Source: Candidatus Heimdallarchaeota archaeon (GTDB lineage: Archaea > Asgardarchaeota > Heimdallarchaeia > Heimdallarchaeales > Heimdallarchaeaceae). From it: DNA of 13,023 nucleotides. Positions 1 to 7,442 of the stretch are shown here, piece by piece. Numbering within the stretch: the first letter of the stretch is position 1; the number at the start of each line of letters is the position of its first letter. The stretch lies in assembly GCA_030668875.1 (NCBI GenBank), contig DAOVER010000071.1:1-13023 (forward strand), read 5' to 3'. Under the pieces are notes generated by a model. That model ran no database searches and had not been told where the DNA came from. It saw only the letters and a list, made by a program, of their open reading frames with translations. Position numbers and translations under genes: made by a program.

Positions 1-135
1 TGAAGGTTTTTCTTCAACAACTTCTTCTGAAGGTTTTTCTTCAACAACTTCTTCTGAAGGTTTTTCTTCAACAACTTCTTCTGAAGGTTTTTCTTCAACA
101 ACTTCTTCTGAAGGTTTTTCTTCAACAACTTCTTC
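1..135. repeat. Perfect tandem repeat, 5 x 27 bp (tgaaggtttttcttcaacaacttcttc); may continue beyond the left edge
   Basis: Identical units start at 1, 28, 55, 82 and 109, with no spacers between them. The unit length is a multiple of 3 and the array lies in-frame in the minus-strand ORF starting at 186. Confidence 0.98.
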
Positions 136-186
136 TACAAGGGGGTTTTCTTGTGCATCTTCTCCTTTTTTATTTTTCTTGCTCAT
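1..186 (-). CDS. 5' part of a hypothetical protein with an acidic low-complexity repeat (MSKKNKKGEDAQENPLV-EEVVEEKPS x~5...), running off the window
   Basis: Manual translation from ATG at 186-184 is open for 62 codons to the window edge. An SD-like AAGTGAT lies just upstream on the minus strand. The gene follows the GTPase on the same strand after ~70 nt. Not in the supplied ORF track. Confidence 0.8.
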   Translation of the reverse strand, partial: MSKKNKKGEDAQENPLVEEVVEEKPSEEVVEEKPSEEVVEEKPSEEVVEEKPSEEVVEEKPS

Positions 187-255
187 ACTATCACTTAGCC
201 AAGTAAAGAAAATGCTAAAAAAAACTTTTCTCTATTAGCTTGAAATCAGAAGTGA

Positions 256-897
256 TTATTCACCATAAATTTCTCGCTTAATCGTTTCAAAAATACCATC
301 AATAACATTGTACATGTCTTCAGATTCATCAATTGCCGAAATAGCTTCCCAATAATGACCACTCTTAGGATATCTTTCTTTAAGATGGTTCCATGCATTT
401 TGATATTGGTCGCGTAACAATTGATCTGCTTTTCCTTTGCTGTAATCAAGTAAATCTATTTTATTAACAACTAAGAAAAAGATGGCTTTCTCTTTTCTAG
501 CCTTTCTTTCAGCCTTAACAACATCATCATCAAGTGTCATTAAGAAGTAATTTGAAACTTGTGTAAGAGCATCAATCTGAATCTTCGCATCCTGAGTGGG
601 ATCTATAAGGAAGATAATTCCATGTGTTTTATAGTCTACTAAAGCCTTCTTCCAGTAAGGCCACAAACTCATATCTCCAGGACAGTCAACCGCTAATACT
701 TTATAGCTACGGTATTTTTCAAGACTAAATGCGGATTTGTATGATTGACTCTTCAATCGGATTGTTTTTTCATGTACTTCTATGTTGGTTGTAGGGCTAA
801 TATCTTCGACAGATTCTCCTTTGAGACGTTTGATCAAAGTACTTTTTCCAACACCAGTATTTCCCATAATAGTAACAGATAAATCTCGTGACAACAT
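256..897 (-). CDS. Small Ras-superfamily (Arf/Rab-like) GTPase, ~213 aa
   Basis: G1 GNTGVGKS, G2 Thr (SPTTN), G3 DCPG, G4 NKID and G5 SAI are all present, plus an Arf-like W-x-x-(Y/W)...GIIFLID segment. ATG at 897 is preferred; the in-frame TTG at 906 is an alternative start. Confidence 0.9.
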   Translation of the reverse strand: MLSRDLSVTIMGNTGVGKSTLIKRLKGESVEDISPTTNIEVHEKTIRLKSQSYKSAFSLEKYRSYKVLAVDCPGDMSLWPYWKKALVDYKTHGIIFLIDPTQDAKIQIDALTQVSNYFLMTLDDDVVKAERKARKEKAIFFLVVNKIDLLDYSKGKADQLLRDQYQNAWNHLKERYPKSGHYWEAISAIDESEDMYNVIDGIFETIKREIYGE

Positions 898-1068
898 TTT
901 CAACAACTATGAATATTCCTTTTTAACTCTTTAATATTTCTCTAATCCTAGTATGATATTTTCAAAATAATATCACTTTTTGACAAAAATGGCAAGTTGT
1001 TGTTAACTTGCACAGTCGAAAGAACAGTAAGTAACGACAAAAATCACACAGTTAAAGGATGCCTTTCC

Positions 1069-1076
1069 TTTATATA
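1069..1076. promoter_or_regulatory. Candidate TATA box (TTTATATA on +, TATATAAA on -)
   Basis: Matches the archaeal TATA consensus and lies in the divergent intergenic region. No convincing purine-rich BRE on either side, so orientation is unresolved. Confidence 0.35.
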
Positions 1077-1100
1077 TGGGCACGGCAGAATGAAGAATAG

Positions 1101-1116
1101 CAAAAAGCCTTATAAG
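1101..1116 (+). promoter_or_regulatory. Candidate BRE-TATA (caaaaagc-CTTATAAG)
   Basis: A-rich BRE-like segment adjoining a TTATAA core, upstream of the kor operon. Confidence 0.4.
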
Positions 1117-1155
1117 TGGAACAAACTCGTCTAAAAGTGGAGATACGTGTCGTTT

Positions 1156-1171
1156 TAACAAAACTTATAAG
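1156..1171 (+). promoter_or_regulatory. Candidate BRE-TATA (taacaaaa-CTTATAAG), the most operon-proximal promoter candidate
   Basis: A-rich BRE-like segment plus TTATAA core ~57 nt before the ATG at 1228; would place a transcription start near 1195. Confidence 0.45.
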
Positions 1172-1227
1172 AGACCTATAGCTGTTCCATCAAACTGAAA
1201 TTAATTAGTGGTTTGCGGGATTCATTG

Positions 1228-1548
1228 ATGAACTATAGTTTTGATCGGAAAAAGAAAAAAGCAGAATGGCCTGCTTTTGTAGATATTAAAGAGTGGAAAA
1301 TAGTTACACCTCAGATTCACATTATATCCTCTAGATGTAAAGAGTGTAGGTGGTGCGTGGAATTTTGTCCAGAGGAGATACTAGAAACATCCGATGAAAT
1401 CAACGAAAAAGGATATCACCCCCCTAGACTTATTGAAGGGAAAACATTTGAGAACTGTGCAGAGTGTCATTTCTGTGAACTAATTTGTCCTGAATTCGCT
1501 ATTTTTGTCAAAAAACCTGCCGAAGAGGAGGAAATAATAGTTGAGTGA
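1228..1548 (+). CDS. korD: 2-oxoacid:ferredoxin oxidoreductase delta subunit (2x[4Fe-4S] ferredoxin-like)
   Basis: CKECRWCVEFCP and CAECHFCELICP motifs, a KGYHPP linker typical of KorD, and a position directly upstream of the alpha subunit. ATG 1228 chosen; TTG 1213 is an alternative. Confidence 0.85.
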   Translation: MNYSFDRKKKKAEWPAFVDIKEWKIVTPQIHIISSRCKECRWCVEFCPEEILETSDEINEKGYHPPRLIEGKTFENCAECHFCELICPEFAIFVKKPAEEEEIIVE

Positions 1549-2707
1549 TAATAAAGAAAATACACCAATGGTTAATACTGGAGAATATTTCACCAGTGGA
1601 AATTTAGCAGTAGCTGAAGGATCGCTTGCTGCAGGATGCAAGTTTTTTGGTGGGTATCCCATTACTCCTAGTTCTGAAGTTGCAGAACATATGTCCATCA
1701 AATTACCCCAAACTAAAGGACACTTTGTTCAATTTGAAGATGAAATAGCTTCAATAGCTTCAATTCTGGGGGCTAGTTGGGGTGGATGGAAATCAATGAC
1801 CGCTACTTCTGGACCAGGTTATTCCTTGATGTTGGAAAATATTGGATTAGGAATCATGACCGAAACACCTTGTGTTATAGTCAATGTTCAACGTGGTGGA
1901 CCATCTACAGGATTACCAACCTTAGTAGGTCAACAGGATATTCAGCAAGCAAGATGGGGAAGTCATGGAGATTATGAAATTATTGCACTATCACCTAATA
2001 GTGTGCAAGAATGTTTTGATCTTGCTATTACAGCATTTAATCTGGCAGAGGAATACAGAGTTCCTGTAACTATTCTGATGGATGAAACAATTGGCCACAT
2101 GAGTGAAAAACTTATTATTCCAGAAAAAGAGAAAATTAAAATTGTCAACAGGAAGAAACCAACTAACGAAGCTGATGGTCATCTACCCTATAAAGCAGAT
2201 GAAGACTTGATACCTCCAATGGCTGTTGCAGGTGAGGGGTATAATGTAATCACAACAGGTTTGACTCATGATGAAAGAGGATATCCTGCTCTTGATGCGG
2301 ACGCACAAAAAATTCTGCTTACAAGACTTCTAGATAAAATTAGAAAAAACAAAGACAAAATAATCAAGCTTGAGGAGTACATGCTTGACGATTCTGAATT
2401 TGTAATTGTCTCTTTTGGGATAAGTTCAAGAGCAGCTAAGGGAGCGGTTAATCTTGCCAGAAAAAAGGGTCTAAAAGTTGGTTATTTGAGGTTAATTACT
2501 GTTTGGCCATTTCCAGATGAACAAATTAATCAAATTGCTGAAAAAGTTAAAGCTATTTTCATAACAGAAATAAACTCAGGACAAGTTACAAGAGAAGTTA
2601 AACGAGCTGTTGAAGGAAAAACAGAGGTTCACGGATTACTAAAACTAGGTGGGGCAATTCATACACCTGCAGAAATTGTAGAAGAAATAGAGAGGCGAAC
2701 AAAATGA
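1541..2707 (+). CDS. korA: 2-oxoacid (probably 2-oxoglutarate):ferredoxin oxidoreductase alpha subunit
   Basis: GYPITP, QFEDE, ATSGPG and QRGGPSTGLPT motifs. TTG start with GAGGAGG at 1525-1531; overlaps the korD stop. Substrate specificity is inferred from family resemblance only. Confidence 0.92.
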   Translation: MSDNKENTPMVNTGEYFTSGNLAVAEGSLAAGCKFFGGYPITPSSEVAEHMSIKLPQTKGHFVQFEDEIASIASILGASWGGWKSMTATSGPGYSLMLENIGLGIMTETPCVIVNVQRGGPSTGLPTLVGQQDIQQARWGSHGDYEIIALSPNSVQECFDLAITAFNLAEEYRVPVTILMDETIGHMSEKLIIPEKEKIKIVNRKKPTNEADGHLPYKADEDLIPPMAVAGEGYNVITTGLTHDERGYPALDADAQKILLTRLLDKIRKNKDKIIKLEEYMLDDSEFVIVSFGISSRAAKGAVNLARKKGLKVGYLRLITVWPFPDEQINQIAEKVKAIFITEINSGQVTREVKRAVEGKTEVHGLLKLGGAIHTPAEIVEEIERRTK

Positions 2708-3573
2708 CTGAAGAAGAAATTGGTTTGATAGAAGCAGAGGAACACCCTCTTGATTGTTATCTAAGGAAGGGGAGAATACCTCACATATGGTGTCCCGGAT
2801 GTAGTTTGGGTTCAGTCGCAACAATGATTATAGAGGCAATAAGAGAAACAGGTATTGACCCAAAAAATATATCTGTCATTTCAGGAATTGGTTGTACTGG
2901 TCGAACAGCAGGGTATCTGAATTTCGATTCTTTCCACACAACACATGGGAGAGCAATACCTTTTGCGATTGGTCTTGGTCTAACTGATCCTAATAGAAAA
3001 ATCATAGTTATCTCAGGTGATGGAGATCTCGCTTCAATTGGTGGAAACCATCTAATACACGCTGCAAGAAGAAATGCCGATATTACAGTTATTTGTGTGA
3101 ATAATTTTCAATATGGTATGACAGGAGGGCAAGTCGGTCCAACTTCATACAAAGGTCAAGTTCAGACTACAGCACCCTATAGTAACATCGAAGAACCTTT
3201 CAACTTACCAGAACTCATAAAAGCATGTGGGGCCACTTATGTTGCAAGATGGACAGCTTTAGATGTTAGAAGAGTGAAAGAATCTTTTGTTGAAGCAATT
3301 AATCACAAAGGATTCTCTTTTGTTGAGATTTTGGGTGCATGTCCAACAACGTATGGTAGAAGAAACCAATTAAGAGAAGGGATAGCGATATTAGAAAATT
3401 TCAAGGAAAGAGCAGTGATTGAACACGGAATAGATACCGAAAAGGTCGCAATTGGCAAGGAAGGACCGATTATTGTTGGTAGGTTTGTAGATATTCATGA
3501 TAAACCATCTTTGACGGACAATTTGCTTAGTATTCAAAGAATGGCAACAGCATCTAAAGGTAAGGGGTCATAA
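2704..3573 (+). CDS. korB: 2-oxoacid:ferredoxin oxidoreductase beta subunit (TPP-binding, [4Fe-4S])
   Basis: WCPGC, GIGC, HTTHGRA, TPP motif GDGD...NN, YGMTGGQ and CPT. ATGA overlap with korA. Confidence 0.93.
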   Translation: MTEEEIGLIEAEEHPLDCYLRKGRIPHIWCPGCSLGSVATMIIEAIRETGIDPKNISVISGIGCTGRTAGYLNFDSFHTTHGRAIPFAIGLGLTDPNRKIIVISGDGDLASIGGNHLIHAARRNADITVICVNNFQYGMTGGQVGPTSYKGQVQTTAPYSNIEEPFNLPELIKACGATYVARWTALDVRRVKESFVEAINHKGFSFVEILGACPTTYGRRNQLREGIAILENFKERAVIEHGIDTEKVAIGKEGPIIVGRFVDIHDKPSLTDNLLSIQRMATASKGKGS

Positions 3574-3575
3574 AA

Positions 3576-4115
3576 ATGAGTGATAGAATCGAAATTCGTT
3601 TTGCTGGATTTGGTGGGCAAGGAATTGCTCTTATGGGAAGACTTGTTGGAGAAGTAATTAGTCTTCACGAAAAAGGTAAGCAGTCAGTCATGACACAGAG
3701 TTATGGTCCAGAAAGCAGAGGAGGAGCTAGTAGTTGTGATGTTGTGATTGACACTCAAGTTATTGATTATCCTAAATCAACAGAGTTTGATTATTTTGTT
3801 GTGATGTCTGAAGAAGCTTATCACAAATATGTCCCTCTTTTGAAAAAAGGTGGAATTATGTTCGTTGAAGAAAACCTTGTAACTTTAGACGACCAGGCAA
3901 AGAAAGCTAGTAAAATTTTCAAACTACCCGCAACCGCAATAGCAGAATCTCTTGGAAGTCGTTTATATGCAAATATTGCAATGTTGGGCTTCGTATGTGC
4001 TAATACTGATCTTTTCTCTGAAGAGGCTTTTATTCAAGTAATGAAAGCGAAAGTGCGAGCAAGGTTCATCGAGAAAAATCTTACAGCTTTTGAAAAAGGA
4101 AAGAATCACAAATGA
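3576..4115 (+). CDS. korC: 2-oxoacid:ferredoxin oxidoreductase gamma subunit
   Basis: AGFGGQG, QSYGPESRGG, YPK, and NIAMLG...N..AF.KG pattern of POR/KOR gamma subunits. Confidence 0.9.
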   Translation: MSDRIEIRFAGFGGQGIALMGRLVGEVISLHEKGKQSVMTQSYGPESRGGASSCDVVIDTQVIDYPKSTEFDYFVVMSEEAYHKYVPLLKKGGIMFVEENLVTLDDQAKKASKIFKLPATAIAESLGSRLYANIAMLGFVCANTDLFSEEAFIQVMKAKVRARFIEKNLTAFEKGKNHK

Positions 4116-4149
4116 TTATCCAAAAACATGTGGAATTAGGCGTATAGAG

Positions 4150-4575
4150 ATGGAAGATTTCGAACCAAATATCATAGGATTCTTGTGCAACTGGTGCTCA
4201 TATGCCGGTGCAGACTTAGCTGGTACTAGCAGGATTCAATACTCACACAATGTCAAAATTATTCGGGTTATGTGCTCAGGAAGAGTTAACCCGATGTTTG
4301 TTATTAATGCATTACAACAAGGTGCTGATGGTGTTCTAATTGGAGGTTGTCACCCAGGTGATTGTCATTATCAACACGGAAACTATCTTGCCAGAAGAAG
4401 AATATCCGTTATGAAAAAGTTGCTTGAATTTATGGGAATTAATCCGGAGAGGATTAAAATGACTTGGGTTTCTGCTGCTGAAGGAAGAAAATTTGCTGAA
4501 GTTGTGGATGAAGTAACTGCAGAAATCAGAAAATTAGGACCTAACACTAAAATTAGGAGGAAGAACGAATGGTAG
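4150..4575 (+). CDS. flxD: MvhD-family [2Fe-2S] electron-transfer protein (FlxD-type), 141 aa
   Basis: FLCNWCSYAGAD, RVMCSGRV and GCHPGDCHY motifs, diagnostic of MvhD. ATG at 4150 with AGGCG 7 nt upstream is preferred to the track's TTG at 4090, which overlaps korC. Confidence 0.9.
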   Translation: MEDFEPNIIGFLCNWCSYAGADLAGTSRIQYSHNVKIIRVMCSGRVNPMFVINALQQGADGVLIGGCHPGDCHYQHGNYLARRRISVMKKLLEFMGINPERIKMTWVSAAEGRKFAEVVDEVTAEIRKLGPNTKIRRKNEW

Positions 4576-5552
4576 ATCAGAAAATGCTTGTTGAAGTTGC
4601 CAAAGAAACACTTGCAAGAGAAGATGTTAAGTACATTATTGGCTATAAGAAAGGATCATACGGATTTCAGACAAGTGCAGCATTTGCATACACCCCTAAA
4701 GATGTAGAAGAATTTATTTTTACTCCTCTATGCAATAAAAACCTAGCAAAATATCCTCTTAAAGAAGAAAAACTACCTCTGAAAAGAGGAGAAGAAGAAG
4801 ATAAAAGAAAAATAGGCCTCGTTGTAAAAGGATGCGATTCAAGAGCAATTGTTCAGATCATTCAGGAAAATGGAATGAAAAGAGAAGATGTTGTTTTAAT
4901 AGGTATCCCATGCCCAGGTGTAATTAATCAGAAAGAGATAGAGAAGAGATTTCCAAACCAATCAGAAATTACTGATATAAATGAAATTAATGATGAATAT
5001 GTTTTTACAGTCGAAGGAAAAGAGCATAAAATTCCAAAACAAGAACTCTTAGCTGAAGTCTGTAAAACTTGTGAGTATCCAAATCCCGTATTATATGATG
5101 TAATGATTGGAGAAGAAGTTGAAGTTAATCCTAAGGCAGAATACGAAGGAATAAAAGATTTGGAAGAAGCGCCCTTAGAAAATAGATGGGAGTATTGGGA
5201 AGAACAATTTCAAAGATGTATCCGTTGTTATGCTTGTAGAGAAGCATGTCCATTATGTTATTGTAGTACATGTATGGCTGATTTGCTTGAACCTCAGTGG
5301 ATTAGACGTTCCGTCAACCTTTCTGAAAATACTGCTTGGAATATAATGCGCGCTTTTCATCTTGCTGGGAGATGTATTAGCTGTGGAGCTTGTGAAAACG
5401 CATGCCCAATGGATATTCCTTTGATGGAATTAAACAAAAAATTAGGGAAAGAAGTAAAAGAAATGTTTGAATATACACCAGGATTAGATATTGATGCCAA
5501 ACCATTGCTTGGTAGTTTTAATCCTGATGATCCCGAAGAATTCATAAAATGA
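4569..5552 (+). CDS. flxC: FlxC-like Fe-S protein (FdhB/FrhB-related N-terminus, C-terminal 4Fe-4S dicluster)
   Basis: KGCDSR, PCPG, CKTC, CIRCYACREACPLCYCSTC and HLAGRCISCGACENACP motifs. Lies between the MvhD-like and AsrA-like genes, as in flxDCBA. Confidence 0.75.
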   Translation: MVDQKMLVEVAKETLAREDVKYIIGYKKGSYGFQTSAAFAYTPKDVEEFIFTPLCNKNLAKYPLKEEKLPLKRGEEEDKRKIGLVVKGCDSRAIVQIIQENGMKREDVVLIGIPCPGVINQKEIEKRFPNQSEITDINEINDEYVFTVEGKEHKIPKQELLAEVCKTCEYPNPVLYDVMIGEEVEVNPKAEYEGIKDLEEAPLENRWEYWEEQFQRCIRCYACREACPLCYCSTCMADLLEPQWIRRSVNLSENTAWNIMRAFHLAGRCISCGACENACPMDIPLMELNKKLGKEVKEMFEYTPGLDIDAKPLLGSFNPDDPEEFIK

Positions 5553-5561
5553 AGTGAAGAA

Positions 5562-6587
5562 ATGGAAAGTCTAGTAATATCAAAAGAAAATTTTCCTGAA
5601 ATCATCAATACTATAATAAAAAGCTACAGACTATTCGCTCCCACAGAGGAGAATGGATTTTCTGGTTTCAATATTATAAAGGATTATTCAGAGATGGATC
5701 TATCTTATCTAAATTCTAGAATGCCCCCCAAAGCAATATTGTTTAATCAAACTGAAACGCTCTTTCTAATGAAACCTGGTGCAAAAGGATCTATTAAACC
5801 TAAAGAAATTAGAAATGAAAAAACAGCAATTTTTGCTATTAGACCTTGTGATGCTAAAGGTTTCAGAATCCTTGATCCAGTGTTTCTTGGTAATTATGTT
5901 GATCCATTATATAAGGCCAATAGAGACAACAGTGTTTTGATCGGATTAAGTTGTAATCAACCTGATTCGAGTTGTTTTTGTACTTCATTTGGTGATAGCC
6001 CTGCTTCTGGAAAATATGTTGATATTCTATTTACTGATATAGAAGAGAAATATTTAGTTGAAGTCATGACTGAAAAGGGGAAGGGGTTTGTTAACGATTT
6101 CAGCAGATTTTTCTCACCAGCTTCACCAAATCAAATAGAAGCTAAGAACGCTAAAGAAGAAGAAGCAATCAAATTAATAAAACGAAATTTGAAAGTAGAA
6201 GGCATAGAAGAAAAAATGGATAAAATGTTTGATCATCCAATTTGGGAAGAATATGCCAAAAAGTGCATAGGGTGTGGAACATGTACATATTTGTGCCCAA
6301 CTTGCCACTGCTTCGATATGCAAGACGAAAGCACACTAGATAAAGGAGCTAGAGTTCGTACCTGGGACGCATGTATGTTCCCAGAATATACAATGCATGC
6401 TTCAGGACATAACCCACGTCCAGCAAGAATGCATAGAGTGAGAAATAGGTTTTATCACAAATACAGTTACTATCCAAAAAATTCTGGTGTTATCGCTTGT
6501 ACAGGATGTGGTAGGTGTATCAGATATTGTCCCGTAAATATTGATATTATAGAATTAATGAACCGAGTAAGTGAGATGGAACTATGA
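5562..6587 (+). CDS. flxB: FlxB-like Fe-S protein (sulfhydrogenase beta / AsrA family)
   Basis: RPCD, CNQPDSSCFC, CIGCGTCTYLCPTCHCF, RTWDAC and CTGCGRCIRYCP motifs. Confidence 0.8.
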   Translation: MESLVISKENFPEIINTIIKSYRLFAPTEENGFSGFNIIKDYSEMDLSYLNSRMPPKAILFNQTETLFLMKPGAKGSIKPKEIRNEKTAIFAIRPCDAKGFRILDPVFLGNYVDPLYKANRDNSVLIGLSCNQPDSSCFCTSFGDSPASGKYVDILFTDIEEKYLVEVMTEKGKGFVNDFSRFFSPASPNQIEAKNAKEEEAIKLIKRNLKVEGIEEKMDKMFDHPIWEEYAKKCIGCGTCTYLCPTCHCFDMQDESTLDKGARVRTWDACMFPEYTMHASGHNPRPARMHRVRNRFYHKYSYYPKNSGVIACTGCGRCIRYCPVNIDIIELMNRVSEMEL

Positions 6588-7429
6588 CAGAAAATCCTTA
6601 CCAACCTTCGTTGGCAACAATTGAGAAGATAAAAGTCGAAGTGACTGGTGAAAGAGCGATAAAGACATTCAGATTGGTAATGCAGGATAAAAAAATCCAA
6701 GAAGAGTTTAGTTTTGTTTGTGGTCAATGTGTCATGATAAGTAAGCTAGGAAAAGGTGAAAGCATGTTTGCAATTTCATCCTCACCTACTGAGAAAGATT
6801 ATCTTGAAGTAAGTGTGATGAAACACGGAAAGAATACCTCAGCTTTGCATGAAACAGAAGAAGGAGACACTGTTGGAGTAAGAGGACCTTATGGTAATCA
6901 TTTTGACGTAGAAGGATGGAAAAATAAGAACATTGTTTTCGTCGGAGGAGGGATTGGAATGGCACCACTAAGATCAGTAGTCAACTATACTCTTGCTGAT
7001 AAAAACAGAGACCAATATGGCAATCTAGACATTATCTATGGAGCAAGAACATCAAATGATTTATGTTTCAAGGATGAATTTGCTGAGCTACAAAAACGCG
7101 AAGATGTAAACGTCCATCTCTCTATTGATGTAGTAGAAGAAGGATGGGAAGAGTTTGTAGGATTTGTTCCGTCTAATCTGCTCAGGGTTAAACCCCCATC
7201 CAAGAATACAATTGCTATTACTTGTGGTCCCCCAATAATGATCAAATTTGTCATTCAAAACTTACTAGAATTAGGATTCAAAGATGAGCAAATTTACACA
7301 ACTCTCGAAATGAGAATGAAGTGCGGAATTGGAATTTGTGGACGATGCAATATCGGCAATCTTTATGTTTGCAAAGATGGTCCAGTATTTTCGAATGCTC
7401 AGTTAAAAAATCTTGAAGGAGATTTGTAA
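6584..7429 (+). CDS. flxA: FlxA-like FAD/NAD(P)H oxidoreductase with [2Fe-2S] (FNR family; sulfhydrogenase gamma / AsrB / PyrK-like)
   Basis: RGPYGN, GGGIGMAP, YGAR, CGPPIM and MKCGIGICGRC...VCKDGP motifs. ATGA overlap with the preceding gene. Confidence 0.85.
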   Translation: MTENPYQPSLATIEKIKVEVTGERAIKTFRLVMQDKKIQEEFSFVCGQCVMISKLGKGESMFAISSSPTEKDYLEVSVMKHGKNTSALHETEEGDTVGVRGPYGNHFDVEGWKNKNIVFVGGGIGMAPLRSVVNYTLADKNRDQYGNLDIIYGARTSNDLCFKDEFAELQKREDVNVHLSIDVVEEGWEEFVGFVPSNLLRVKPPSKNTIAITCGPPIMIKFVIQNLLELGFKDEQIYTTLEMRMKCGIGICGRCNIGNLYVCKDGPVFSNAQLKNLEGDL

Positions 7430-7442
7430 AGGTCGTGAAACT

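Noticed and set aside
1-135. 27-bp repeats as a CRISPR array
   Set aside because: Units are head-to-tail with no spacers, the length is a multiple of 3, they are in-frame in an ORF, and no cas genes are present.
187-255. Minus-strand T-tract and a 5-bp GCTAA/TTAGC stem as a terminator after the GTPase
   Set aside because: The stem is too short and the tract could equally be promoter sequence for the next gene; not supportable.
246-449. 67-aa minus-strand ORF overlapping the GTPase 3' end
   Set aside because: Alternative frame within a well-supported gene; no motifs.
999-1007. GTT-N3-AAC match to the Thermococcales SurR motif
   Set aside because: Only 6 informative bases, the extended n5-GTT half is absent, and there is no evidence for SurR in this organism; expected by chance.
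256-4115. Functional link between the GTPase and the redox operon
   Set aside because: Divergent adjacency in a single window is the only evidence; it would need conserved synteny.
4090-4149. Track's N-terminal extension of the MvhD-like protein (TTG 4090), and likewise HdrA (TTG 7413)
   Set aside because: Both overlap the upstream gene. Downstream ATGs (4150, 7443) have SD-like motifs and give family-typical N-termini.
5562-7429. Calling flxB/flxA an anaerobic sulfite reductase (asrAB) or sulfhydrogenase (hydBG)
   Set aside because: No AsrC siroheme subunit and no [NiFe] large or small subunit in the cluster; the MvhD and Hdr neighbours fit Flx better.
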